From the NCBI GenBank assembly GCA_010405405.1, contig MU004230.1, positions 406,627-470,626 of the forward strand: a stretch of 64,000 nucleotides of DNA, given 5' to 3'. Below the pieces are notes generated by a model. That model ran no database searches, was not told where the DNA came from, and worked only from the letters and a program-made list of their open reading frames with translations. Positions 24,762 through 37,481 of the stretch are shown piece by piece; position 1 is the first letter of the stretch, and each line of letters begins with the position of its first letter. A program made the position numbers and the translations under genes. This stretch comes from Microthyrium microscopicum. Taxonomy: Eukaryota.

Positions 24762-25685
24762 ATGTCAAAAACGAAAATACCATCGTTGGCGAATCTACCA
24801 ACACTGGGCCCAGACGACACAATTGGCGAAGGAGACTCCTTCATAAAATATGGTTTGGTAGATCATGCTTCAAGCGGATCTAATGAGTGCGAAGACAACA
24901 CCCTCTCGTCGGACTCAATATTCAAGCTCCTCCATGATGAAGTATCATGGCAAAAAATGTACCATGCCGCAGGCGAAGTCCCACGCCTCGTCGCCGTCCA
25001 AGGCACCATCGACGCAGACGGGAGCAAACCAGTTTATCGACATCCATCTGACCAAAGTCCACCGCTCCTTGCCTTCACTCCAGCAGTTCTACTTGTTAAA
25101 AATGCAGCCGAAGCAGTCATCGGTCATTCACTCAATCATGTTCTAATACAACTCTACCGCGACGGCAAAGATCACATTACTGAACATTCCGATAAGACTC
25201 TTGACATAGTCCGCGGTTCTAAGATCGTGAACGCCAGCTTTGGTGCACGCCGCACAATGCGTCTACGTCGCAAAAGAAAGTCATCCGCCGAGCCTCGTGA
25301 TCCGCGTGAGACACAGCGCGTTCATATGCCACACAACTCACTCTTTGTGCTGGGACTTGCTACCAACCAGTCCTGGCTGCACGGTATCAACGCCGACAAG
25401 CGCTTGAGCATGGACAGGGCGCCGGAGGAGATGGCTTTTGATGGCATGCGCATCTCATTGACCTTTCGACACATCGGCACCTTTTTGGATGCTGACGAGA
25501 CACATATCTGGGGTCAAGGCGCAAGAGCCAAGAGCAAGGAGGACGCGCATGCCGTGGTAGCGGGTGATGATTCGGAGACGGAGCGAATGATATATGCTTT
25601 TGGACGCGAGAACCATCAGGATGAAGAGTGGGATTGGGAGGAGGAATATGGGAAGGGATTTGATGTGCTTCATTTTCGAGCCTAG
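24762..25685 (+). CDS. AlkB-like 2OG-Fe(II) dioxygenase domain protein
   Basis: 'WQKMYH..GEVPRLVAVQG', 'LNHVLIQLYRDGKDHITEHSDKTLD' (HxD), 'WLHGI' (distal His), 'RISLTFR'; first ATG 24762. Confidence 0.88.
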   Translation: MSKTKIPSLANLPTLGPDDTIGEGDSFIKYGLVDHASSGSNECEDNTLSSDSIFKLLHDEVSWQKMYHAAGEVPRLVAVQGTIDADGSKPVYRHPSDQSPPLLAFTPAVLLVKNAAEAVIGHSLNHVLIQLYRDGKDHITEHSDKTLDIVRGSKIVNASFGARRTMRLRRKRKSSAEPRDPRETQRVHMPHNSLFVLGLATNQSWLHGINADKRLSMDRAPEEMAFDGMRISLTFRHIGTFLDADETHIWGQGARAKSKEDAHAVVAGDDSETERMIYAFGRENHQDEEWDWEEEYGKGFDVLHFRA

Positions 25686-27992
25686 GAGCTTAGGAATGCT
25701 GTGCGCCAGTTTTGAGTGTGTCTTTACGGTATCTGTCATACATTTCTGGCCAAGTGAACCTGATGGGTTTCTTCCAAGGGCATGAGTCGAATAAGTTTGA
25801 ATCTTGCTACCACATTTCTTGTTGACTGAGTGGTTACATCAAAGTATACTTCTCGTTCCTGGTCACAGGATTCGATCCATCAAGCTATGGCATTCCCAGT
25901 ATAAACTTCAAAGGATTAGGTCTACAACTACTTTGTAGTTGACTATGTTTACAAATCCAGGTCTTTTCACCCGAACGGTCTCACATTCCCATGGAAAGAT
26001 CCTTCTTACCTAATAGTTCACTCCTGGCCAACCGCATATAGCCAACTGTGGAGAAGATCGGCTCTATCCATGCTTGACAAGCTGGGTTCTTGGTGATCAT
26101 ACATAATAAGCTTTCCGCGCCAAGGAACATACATGGATATAAATCTCTTTTCGTATATCGATTCGAGCTTTTACTTTTAAACGTGGTTGTTCATCAAGTC
26201 AACAACTGAATGACACACTCCCATTGAGTGCGATATCTACCACTGGACCTTATGAAGAGCGTGCTTTCTAAGTCTCATTGCGTTTGATATTCTACAGCTA
26301 CTTCCAAGTACCTTTTACTTCGCAGGACCTGAAGCAATCAGCAATATAACCTAGTACATGGGAACCAAGGAAGCTAATTAAAGAGCGTCATATTCAATTT
26401 GCCTACTGGCTGGCGTTCTTGTGAGTCCTCGGAAAACCTTAATGCCAATTTCAATCCTAGCATGATCACTGACCCAATGTTTCCGGGGGTTTTCTCTTTG
26501 CTCCTCTTCTTGTTGTCCATTGTTCCATCATCGAGTGATGTATCTGGTGTGAAGCCGATGCCAATTCGTTTCACCATCTTAGTGGAGGGTTGGCTTATGG
26601 AGACGACCTTCAATGGCACCTGTTGAGAGCTCTCTGACAGATAATCCCATGTACATTCATTAGCTTTGCTCTAGACACCGGCTATCCTGTCAATAGCTAG
26701 ACCTTTTAGTACGACAAGCAATGGCTCTTCTCAGGCACCTTTCAGTCTGAGCTGTATGTAAATTTGTGGATGAGATGCTCATTGTTCTGAAATGCGCGAT
26801 GTCTTTTGATGAACTTGAAGAGCTACATATGTTTGCGTTTTTAGACTGCGCCAGGCTGATTCCAGTAGCGAGCCGTACTGTATAGGGAGCGGGAATCCCC
26901 CTAAGAAGCTGTGTTGCAGTTTAGTGCTTGGATTTTAAGTGAGGTGTCCTGCTACAGCTCTTCCGGAAATCACCATGAAGATTAGTTGGAAAATTGCTAA
27001 AAGATAGAGGAGATTTGCATAGCGAGCCAATCCAATTCAAGTTTATATTCGAAAGGAGTGTGGGCCACGGGAAAGACTGGCACACTCTCTGGCATTTGTA
27101 CGAGAGGCACGCCTAATCAGCAATATCAGAGAAAACCGACACACAATAGGCGTATAGCTCGATGTTCTTGGGCCAAAATAAATGGAGAGCTAATTATTTG
27201 TACGTAATTGCGTCCTTTGTAAATATCTTGGAAATTGTATTCAAGTTACTTAAGAGCAGTGCGGCTAAACTGATGAGGCTCTGTACCTTCAGCCTGATAC
27301 ACGATGACCCCTGTCAGTTTTGGAACCAGCAAGGCTGTGCCGTACAGTAGTGGGAACGCGATAGGATTCTCGATACATCAGATGTCACTGTCCCTAAGAC
27401 TCGATTGTTTCTCATATTTTCCGTGCTTTAAACCTACTACAGCGTTCTATGTTCTAGTTCATTGACACCAACCGGGAAACTTAACGTGCTCTTGACGGGA
27501 ATGACGGATTCAAGACGTCCGAAACTGACTTTCCCGCATCATCTGTGCTAGGGTGAAATCCATACTGCAGTACTTGGCGAGCTTAACAGGGCAATCATAC
27601 CAGTTTGTGCGTCTCGTGGCGAAGGCTTGAACCCAAAGAGATGAATTTCCCTCACTTCTTTGATTCCTCTCACAACCTACGAGATTCAGCTTAGGGTCTG
27701 AAATTGTACATGCAGGAGTTTTCGGTACTACTGTTTGCACATGGTAGTTGTTTGTATTGAGTTTACAAAAACCTCCCGAGTCAGTTTGCAGGAACACATT
27801 TGTTGTTTAAATGCTCAGTTCGCCAACCATCATGGTCTAAAGAATCAATACCAATCGTTGACTCGGTTTCATTTTCTTTGGTACTTTGATTCTTAGTTTT
27901 AATACCTCAATAGACATTGACTGTCATTGCTTTCTTTTTATACCATAATTTCATAATCGTACTTCCTCTGTGAGGACTCAACAACCACAACC

Positions 27993-29768
27993 ATGCGAAC
28001 AAGCTCTTTGCTTGTAGCTCTTGCTACGTCTACTACCACCAGCGCTCTCTCATTTCCCTTTTCAAGTAAACTCTCTGCACGTCAAGCTCCAGCTCTATCT
28101 CCCGCCTCAGCCGCCCCAGGTCCAGCTGTCCCAATTCCCGCTGCTGCTCCGTCCGCATCAGTAGCCGCTGCACATGCACCGGGTATCGCTCCACTCGGCG
28201 ACCCATTCCCTGCCTCGCCCGCCGGCATCATTGGCAAAGGAGCTGGAGGTGGAAAGGGAGGAGGATTGCCCGATATCCCAGGCATGCTCACAAGCCTCAT
28301 AGGAGGCATGGCAACTGGTCTACCAGTTCCCAAGCCCTCTATACCATCAAGCGGGCCTTCAAGCGATCCAGACGACGACCCCGATGACGACCCATCAGAT
28401 GACCCTTCAGACGATCCTCCAAATGGACATCCCGGACTTCCGAATCCATTAGGAGGCTTTCCAGGAGGAAACCCACTCAGTCCTTCGCCGAAGCCGTCTA
28501 CTCCCGCAATGGGCGGCAGCTGTCCAGCCATTTGGCACAAGATATCTGCCGACCTTGTTGAAAAATTCACAGATGGTGCACCTATGGGTAAGTCTCTGGG
28601 CTTCACAAACTCTCTGATAGCTTGTCCGCTGACCAACGCGCAGGCCAATGCAATGATCAAGCTCGAGTCGTCATCCGTATCGCTTTCCACGATTGTGCTG
28701 CTTGGCAGACATCGTTAGGCACTTCTGCAGGTTGCGATGGCTCCCTCTACCTAGCTAAAGAGTACACACGATCAGAGAACGCCGGCATCGAGACTGCTGT
28801 TCCCCAGTTTGGTGCTTTAGCTCAAAGCTACAACGTCAGTGTAGCAGACTTCTTTCAGTTTGCAGCGGGTAAGTCTGTTCCGTTTTACAAAACTGTTTTC
28901 TCGCTTCTTGCAATTTATACAAGTTTCGTTTTTGAGTTTAAAAGCTGGCGAAGAGTCTGTATTTGGGGCTGGTGTTGTCTCATGTCTAGCCCCTGACAGC
29001 TGGCACTGCAGTTGTAAACACATACACACTCAAAACACTGCAGTTTTCAACAGCAGCAAACTCTATTCGTGCCCCAAATTTTGAGATATTCTGGCTAATT
29101 ACTTATTCTTCTAGCACATGCTATAGTCACATGCCCTTTGGGTCCAACAGTGCAGACGTTTGTTGGTCGTCAAGATCGCACCACCGCGAATCCAGAAGGA
29201 TTAATTCCCAATCCTCGCGCCTCGGGCAGTGATATCGTGCAGAACATGCAAGACAAAGGTATCAGCCCGGCGGAACTTGCTGCTCTGCTTGGGGCCCATT
29301 CTTGCAGCAAGCAATTTGAATTTGACCCTTCAAAAGCCGGTGCAGCATTGGATACTACGCCAGGTATTTGGGACGTTGTAAGTTGTTATACGCCATGAGG
29401 GAAGTCTACTTTAGAGTAGTTACTAACAAAATGTCTTAGGATTTCTATGGTCAAGTGCTCACTAAGAAGGCTCCTTTTATTCTTCCAAGTGATCTCGTGC
29501 TGTCGAAACAGAAAGGCGTCTCCGGGCCATGGAAGGACTTTGTGAGCGATCAAACTGGGTGGGACAAGGCTTTTGCTCCAGCGTAAGTGTCATTCTGCTT
29601 CCCCGAAAAACGTATTAATTGTCTTCTAGAATGACCAAGATGTCACTCATGGGAGTCACCCAAGAAGGTCTCATTGACTGCACTTCTGCACTCCCACCAC
29701 CGAAGGACTCCAGCATGTTCAGAGTGAAACCTAGGTTCGCGAGAAGGAGCTCATTCCATTTGAGCTAG
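27993..29768 (+). CDS. Secreted class II (fungal) heme peroxidase with Pro/Gly-rich N-terminal extension, 5 exons
   Basis: Signal peptide; distal 'RIAFHDC', 'GCDGSL', 'ENAG', proximal 'GAHS', 'LDTTPGIWD', 'LPSD', 'LIDCTSALP'; introns 28588-28643, 28869-29114, 29378-29439, 29583-29629. Confidence 0.92.
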
Positions 29769-30130
29769 ATATAGCAACTCGGAGAATGTGTAATTGCTTG
29801 AAAAGCAAGGCTTTGACTGTATAATATTAGCCTATGATGGAGTTTGTGCTTAGTTGATAATTACTACATAATAGGCGATAAAACGCAATAGCAACAATGA
29901 TCTTCACCCTGATCAGCATCCTCTAAAAGACCCAGGGGAGTGTAGTGTGTTATAAGATGGGCAGTCTGGATATAATATGTAACGTTATGCACACGAAAGA
30001 GCCATTACATAGTGGAGGGATTTTTTTTATTCATTTGGCTATGGTCCGACTCAACGCCATGGCCTTGACAGCCTTGGAAATCTACAAAAGTCCGTTACGT
30101 AGTGCTTGCCAACAAGCCAACCAAGCCAGC

Positions 30131-30559
30131 TTAGATGAAGACCTATTAAGCCAAAGAGTCAGTTCTTGCTCCTCATACAGTGTTGCAAAGGTTCAAGGGT
30201 AGCATACCAACTGTCCATCGCTGTTTTGAATACGCTCACCAAGATTTAGATCACGCTGATTATGACCACCATTGCCATCATCAATGACAGCACGGAGGAC
30301 GGGAACGGATGCGTCTCCCTCGACAGTGAAGTTGATGTCCTGGGAGCTGCCTGAGAAGTTTTCACCACCCCACTGGAAGTTGCCCCAATCGTTGCCTATA
30401 AATTCTTAGCTCGAAGCTACAGTACCATGGGAACTTACCAATGCAGGAGTTGAGATCGAGTTCGGCATCGACCCAGTCGCCGTTCACGTTCTGGAGTTGA
30501 CCGCGGAGGATATGGCCATCATCGACGCGAAGGTTCTGGGCTGACTGAGCAAAAGACAT
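30131..30559 (-). CDS. Cyanovirin-N homologue (CVNH lectin), 3 exons
   Basis: 'MSFAQSAQNLRV...LDLNSCIG|NDWGNFQWGGENFSGSSQDI...LNLGERIQNSDGQL|VFI*'; introns ~30396-30438 and ~30143-30207; no signal peptide. Confidence 0.93.
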
Positions 30560-31737
30560 TGTGCTGGAAGAGAATTGAGCTTGATTTTGTGCGTTGTTGA
30601 GTTTGAGAAGATGTATCTGGAGGATGGTCTGAAAGATCAGAGATGCTCCAGGTGCTTATATAGGCGATGATTGTCTAAGTGGGCTCGAGGAAGTCGCCAG
30701 GGAGCGCCTCGCCGCCATGACGACAAATGGCCCGATCATTGCAGCAAGCACGATGAGTGAATTGAAGCCCTGCGGCTAGAGCAACTTCTTGTGATCATGA
30801 GGGGAAGCAAGCATGCACCGCCGCTCGGAATTGATTGGATTGTGGCAGTGAAGCATTTGCATCAAAGCCGGGTCGGACCACGATTTAGATGAAAAACATG
30901 GGGAAATCTTCAGGGGCAAGGCCTGTCCTACCGCAGTGGGCGGAAGTGCTAACCAGGGAGCTATAAAAAGTCATGCACGTTGCTACTTTTGTAAAATCTA
31001 GACCATGATGTTGCAATGCCGGAGTGAGGAGCTTGGTGACAAGCAAATGAGTAGCAGATGGATCAGGTTAGGAACTAGCTTCTGTTATCGAAGTTATCGA
31101 ATCAGAAAAAATAGCTCCTCAAAGCTTGTATTAGCGGTAAACTCCAAAGATGTGTCTTCAAGTGGTGTCAATCTCCAGTATCGGAGTTACTTCCAAGGGT
31201 AACCAGGAAGTCCTTGTACGTTGTTTACTGTATCCGAGGTATGGCGTTATGATCATGTCATACTCCCGCCCATAGGTCCGTTGATATTGAATCATGCTTG
31301 AGGAGTGTGGCACTTCTAGGCAACGGCTTGAAACATGTTGAGATGAATCGTTAGGAAATAATTGTAAGAATCAGTGATGGTCCTCTCTTTCTCAGACAAG
31401 AAAGAAAGTTTAATCACCATCGTTAGCCATATTTTCCAAACATTGGTAATATTGCATCATTTTGATATAAATCCTGGTGCATGTTGACCCTAATCACTGA
31501 TTGAAGTGACGAAAGCTTCAGTGGCTTAGCTGACTTTCGATACTGGTGTGTACGGAACGTTGAGTGTGGACTTAATCTGTGCGGCATATCCTGGATAGCA
31601 GCCTCCGAAACAACAAATTTGGTACTAGCCCCGAACACTTCGGGGGCTTATGCTAGACAATGCTGTTGACTGAGACGCAAGTCTTTGAAGGCGAAATCTC
31701 GAGGAGCGGAGTTGGTGGTTTGATTTCGTGTCCTATC

Positions 31738-33101
31738 TCACACACTACCACTATTGGTGGTCGTACTATCAGCAATCATGTCTTCCACTTCTGTTTCAGT
31801 GAGCCATTTCCGAGCACTCTCCATGAGCTTTTGTAGATTCTGGCCGCCAGACATGATTCCCTCTAGTCCATGGACAGTCGTACCGCTACGATGATCTGTC
31901 ACTCGCTGTTGTTGCCAGTTATACGTCCGTATCTTGTCAGATCGTCCAGTACGATTGACACCAACGACATTTCGTCGCATGCTCACAAGCTCTTGCTCTC
32001 TTGCTTCGCGTCTGGTGTGGGCCAACTTTGCGCGTAACAGACTCCAAGCCCTGGTCTCATTTGACGGTCGTGAGCGTGACTCTTGCATAAACACGGTTGT
32101 CTTTGTTGGAAGATGAACAAGCCTGACAGCCGATTCTGTCTTGTTGACGTGCTGTCCACCCGCGCCAGATGCTCGCATGTATTCCTTTCTAATGTCTTTG
32201 GGGTCAATGTAGAAATCGCTCGTCGGATCGTTCATATCGATATCCGCAGCATCAGCGTTGTCTGAAAATGACGGAAGAACCATAACGGAAGCGGTGCTAG
32301 TGTGGATTCGTCCCTTCTCTTCGGTTGCTGGTACTCGTTGAACTCGGTGTACACCAGCTTCGCATCTCAGCAGACCATATGCGCCTGCACTCTCCACCTC
32401 CATGATTGCTTCGATCAACTGGTTTGGGTCTTCCTCTGATCTCTCATAGGAGACTAGGCTTGCACTAAGCCTGTTGTCTGCGCAGAAACCTTGATACATG
32501 TGAACTAAATCAGATGCAAACAAAGCAGCTTCTTTTCCTCCTATTCCAGGCCGAATCTCCATAAGGCATGGTAAATCGGCAAAAGGATGCTTCGGAATTA
32601 GGCTTTTGGTCAAAGACTGTGATGCCTTCTGCAGGTCGTCAGCGCATTGTTCCACGTCCTGGTTTGCTAGCTCTCGAAGTTCTGCATCGGTTTCAGGATC
32701 TCGTAATAGAGCTCGTAGCTCTTCCAGAGACTAAACATGTCAGCTAAAATTCCCGTTGTGCATCCTAAGTTACACACCTTATTTGCGTGATCCCAAGAGC
32801 TGAGCGCATCCACGACCAAACGAAGCTCTCCAGCCCTTTTCGCTATTTTCGAGTCATAGTTGCTCTCTAACTGTTTCGCAAGATCATGATGCTCAGAGTT
32901 GATCTTTCTCGCTCTTTGTAGCAACGCGGGATAGATAGTGTCACTCGTAATGCCAGTTGCGGCCGCTGTAAGGGATGATTAGCGAAGCTAAGAATAAGGA
33001 TGAGAGTTCATACCTGTCGATTGGCGTCGCAAACCCAAGGGCCTCAAAGGCTTGAGCCATTGACGCGTACATCTTGCACATATCCAAGGAGTTCTGAACA
33101 T
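31738..33101 (-). CDS. MRF1: Mitochondrial peptide chain release factor 1, 3 exons
   Basis: Presequence MFRTPWICARC from ATG 33101; 'EIRPGIGGKEA', 'GVHRVQRVPATE' (PxT), 'ASGAGGQHVN' (GGQ), 'RSDKIRTYN'. Confidence 0.94.
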
Positions 33102-33421
33102 GACATGTCATCCGATGGTGTACAAGAAAAAAGTTCCTGGGGTTCGGATATTTGATGGTGAGGTGGCGGTTAATTAAACGCGGAATGGCGCTTAAACATC
33201 ACCTTTCGTCGTTTTCTTCATTTCGTCTCATTCTTCTCCCTCGTTATACTGTTGTTCGTATACTTTACAGGATCGATCGGATTATCCATAAACAAATTTA
33301 ATTATCTACATATGTAGTTCCATAACCAACAGAAAGCAGACGCGCGAAGCTCACGCCTCGGCATTGGGTATCATAACATTTCAAACAACCATCGCAAGAC
33401 AATAAAAAACCATGCACCTAT

Positions 33422-33868
33422 TCAATTCCCTGCGCCCCGTCGTCTCGATCTCGTCGCTCCGATAGCGCCCGCTACCGTCTCGGACTCCGACTCGACCGAT
33501 ATAACCTCCTCCACGACACGAGACTGAATAGCGCGAGGTCGTTTTTTGGGGCGTGGATTGCTCTCGTTCAATGCCTGTGTCATGGCAGCTTCGGTCTTCC
33601 ACTTCTTGAGGATCTCTTCCTCGACTTTGTTCTCCAGAATATGGAAAGATGCGTGGTGGCCGCAGCCGTCGCAGTCATATGAGGTAGCGGCCTATTCGTC
33701 AGCTTGATTTTTAGGGGAGGATGGAAAACTTACTTTTAGCGGGTTGAGCATAAATCGCTGGCACTGGCATCTACTCACCAGTATCCCATCTTTGTTATTA
33801 CATTGGCCTCGAGGCGGGATGTAGTTCATCAGATTCCATATGTTGTTCGGTTGATTGTCAGATGCCAT
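33422..33868 (-). CDS. Small Cys/His-rich (putative Zn-binding) hypothetical protein, 2 exons; not in the ORF track
   Basis: MASDNQPNN...RGQCNNKDGILVSRCQCQRFMLNPLK | intron ~33692-33733 | AATSYDCDGCGHHASFH...PKKRPR...RRRGAGN*; open frame across a canonical intron. Confidence 0.8.
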
Positions 33869-34288
33869 GTTAATGACGCAGCGCTGATGTACGGTCTTGA
33901 GTGTCTGATCGTCGACTGCAGGAGTTCGTATAATTTCTGAAAGAGTGTCTTAAGGAGTCCAGCTACTCTTGCATTCGTTCTTGGGTTTTGATGAAGTACG
34001 GCGCCAAAAGCTCCGAGATATTGGGCGCTCTATCTGGCAACCTAGATCATCCTTGCAGTCACCAAGCGCACGCGGTGTCACATGACTCAGCCTTACAATC
34101 GGCCTTGTTCTCAGCACCTCCTCAACACAGTCAAGCATGAGCTGAGTTGATTTAGGCCTTGATGCGGTTTCATTGCTGTAGGACCACCTGAGATTGTCTA
34201 ATAAACAACAGGTCAAATCAACTTTCTCAGAAGTTATGCTAACATAAGCAATTAAATAATCCCAACACGTCCACCGCTGGACCATTCT

Positions 34289-35464
34289 TTACTTCATAGG
34301 AAGGTCAATATCTACGAGGAATCCAGCTTGTTTTGGTCGATATCCACTACCAGTCATAATCGACGAATTGATCAGTAATGTTTCCTTGCCTACCTGCAAC
34401 GGCTTACGACTTGATGAACTAACATCTAATGTCGCGGCATGAGCCTTGATGACGGAAGCATCATCCGGGGCTTGGATTTCCAAAGTATCGCTGTCTAGAG
34501 TCGCAAGTACTTCAGATTGTTCTCCAAGAGGATTCTCTCCAGACTGCCACTCAGGATGAGTCGGATCGTGTGGGGTTTCTCGCCATGTAACACGCTCGGC
34601 GCCCCAAGCCTGCAGATTGAGTCAGTGCAAATTCAACAGGCATATTGTAAACTCACCTCGTGAATATGGCCAAAGCAATGTATCTTTGGTCGAACTCTGT
34701 CTAGAGCTTGGAGAAGTTGAGGACAACCAGCACGTATTCCGCCTGGAAGACAGCGGTCACCATGCATGAATGGTGGACCGTGAGTCATGATGATGTCGAC
34801 ATCCGCTCCTAATGGAATTGGATGGGGATCTCGGGTTGCTGGTATGATCTTCTGGCTACTGTCTTTTGGATACGGAGCTTGACTTATGATTTCTGGAGGA
34901 TTCCATCGATCCTCATTGTGAGAATAGTTGAAGGCCCAATTGAAGACTTACTCTACGTCAGCCGGCTTTCATCATCTCAGACCAAAGTACAATATACTCA
35001 CATTCTGGTTGCCATTCGCTTGAATACACAGTAAAGTGGGCTCCATTGGACAAGTCGAAGGAATGCATGCCCTCTCTGAGATATGTCACTCCAGCTTCTT
35101 TTGCCGCATCACCCAGCCAAAGCTGCTCAACTATTTCGGCGTTCTCGGGATTATAGTTCCTCAAGTCGATATACTTGGCTCGTGAGTTTTCTTCAAGATA
35201 GTAAGCCTTGTCCATCGTGAGGTCATGGTTTCCAGCAATGACCAGTTTGAGCTCTGCTGGAATGGACGCAAGCAGTCTAAGAGCTGCCTTGTTCTCATCA
35301 ACAGTGCCAGTCATCGTCAAATCGCCGGAATGTATGAGCACATCTGCCTTGGGAAAAGGCGGACAGAATGATCTCTCTGGTGCGATGTCTCGGCCATTGG
35401 AGGAGCTATGAGTATCAGAAATGATGAATAGCCGGGTTTTAGCTGTTTGAGTGGCGGAGGCCAT
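34289..35464 (-). CDS. Calcineurin-like metallophosphoesterase (MPPED/239FB-like), 3 exons
   Basis: 'IISDTH', 'HSGDLT', 'IAGNHD', 'DIIMTHGPP', 'HCFGHIHE|AWG'; introns 34948-35001 and ~34612-34656. Confidence 0.92.
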
Positions 35465-36180
35465 GGTTGATACAGTTCTTTTCAGAGTTAGAAAAAGTAG
35501 TGGACGAAAGGTGTTGTCTACTATATGAGGCTACGGAAACCCATCTACAGTGTATGTGAGAGGTGGGAGGGATGGTTGCTACCTGTTTCACGTGGTTGCC
35601 CGGGAGCTATTCAGATACATGAATATTCGGATGATGGAGAAGTTCTCAATTTAGATTGTAGACAAGAGTCGTCAGTCAAACCTAATGCGTAGATTTCTAA
35701 ATCAACATTGAAGGCAACTTGAAAATCAATTCCACTCAGAGGTTGATTGTGCCGTGGGGCTTCGCTGCCAGCCAAAGCTTCCAAGTTCTTTTACATGGAC
35801 CGACCTCTCTAGCAGATTCCCTGGTGCGAGTACTAGGCACAATACCTCTTCCAGGTCACAAGTATCCAAACACCCTTACTTGGGTATGTATAGGTGTGTG
35901 GGTGTAAAGCTACGATCAGAATGGTGGTTGTTTACCTGCGATCAATGGTCGAGGTTGGGGAAAATGACGTCGGTGTAACTCTGCCTGGTTCCCCACAGAT
36001 CAATCATACGCGCAGCTTCCAAGCAACAACATCATCGGAGCTTCGAGCTTGTTTTAAAACTTGCGACTTGTTACCTTCACGAATCCCAAAGCTGTTCACG
36101 GTCAAGTGTCAAACTTTTTCCTACACCCAATTGCCCTCCATACATCTCATGAGCTCTCATACAGCCTTGTGCGCTTCACC

Positions 36181-37481
36181 ATGCTACCAACTGGCTCTCG
36201 ATCACTCTTGAGGACTTCCGCCGCCGGTTCACGATTACTAGCAAACCATGCCAAACCCACCATAAGAGCCTCCTCTAGCCTGATAAATGGATACAACTCA
36301 AAACGATCGCTCGCTCTCAGTCGTCCCGCAGCAGTGATACCATACCAATCATATCCACAGACATTCAAACGCTTCGAGTCCAAAAAGACCCCGAGCAAGG
36401 ACGAGCTTCTAGCAAACGCAGGTGCTGTAAAAGTCGACAACGCAACTAGCACCACGCGTAGTATCCTTCACGAGACAGGCGAACATGGCTTCCCAACCAT
36501 CAACACACCTGGATCTCGCAGTGGACCCGTAAAAAGTGCTATCCGCAGCGATCTTGTAAGCTCCACCAATGCCAATAAGTTTTCCAATCTCACTGACACT
36601 GACATAGGACACCATCGTGGAAACCTTCGCCCTTCGCTCTGTTCCCCGAGAGGCCTATGTCCTTGGTCTCGCCGGCCTCGTTCCCTACCTCACCACTTCC
36701 CTAGCTACCGTCTTCTGCGCATGGGACGTCAATTACGCACATGAACACGGTACCGGCTTCGTCATATCAGAAGAGACGGCTACCCAACTCATTGCGGTTC
36801 TGGAGCCACTGCAGGTCGGCTATGGCGCAGTCGTACGTATCTGCCAGCCAGTCATTTCCACACAACCTCTAACACGTTCCTCAGATAATTTCCTTCTTAG
36901 GCGCCATTCACTGGGGTCTCGAATGGGCCGGCTTTGGTGGCAAACAAGGTTACAGACGCTACGCAATTGGCGTTATTGCGCCCGCCATTGCTTGGCCTAC
37001 GATAATGCTGCCGTACGAGTATGCGCTGATTACACAATTCCTCGGTTTCACATACTTGTACTATGCGGATGCGGCAGCAACCGCACGGGGTTGGGCGCCT
37101 CCATGGTATAGCACGTACCGGTTCGTGTTGACGTTTATCGCTGGTGGGGCGATTGTGATTAGCTTGATCGGTAGAGGAGAAGTGGCGGATGTATTGGAGA
37201 GACGGAAGATGGGTTTGGGACCAGCTGTTGATCCACGACTCAAGGTAAAGGGCGAGGAAGAGGGAACGAAAGAGAGGACTAGTTATGAAGGAAAGCGGGC
37301 AGAGATATATGACGAGAAGAAGAAGGAAGAAGAGGAGCAGAAGAAGAAGGAAGAGGAAGAGAAGAAAGCCAAGGAGGAGGAAGAGAAGAAGAAGAAAGAC
37401 GAAGAGAAGGATGACAAGAAGGATGACAAGAAGGATGACAAGAAGGATGGCAAGAAGGATGACAAGAAGGATGAGAAGTAA
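36181..37481 (+). CDS. DUF3429/TMEM69-like mitochondrial membrane protein with charged C-tail, 3 exons
   Basis: Presequence from ATG 36181; 'GLAGLVPY', 'QVGYGAV|IISFLGAIHWG', 'GWAPPWYSTYRFVLT'; introns 36556-36608, 36833-36884. Confidence 0.85.
37407..37478 (+). repeat. Coding 12-bp tandem repeat (AAGGATGACAAG, KDDK) ~6 copies
   Basis: Directly visible at the end of the DUF3429-like ORF, preceded by a GAA/AAG-rich K/E tract. Confidence 0.85.

Noticed and set aside
28082..28690. 202-aa Gly-rich minus-strand ORF
   Set aside because: Antisense of the Pro-rich peroxidase exon.
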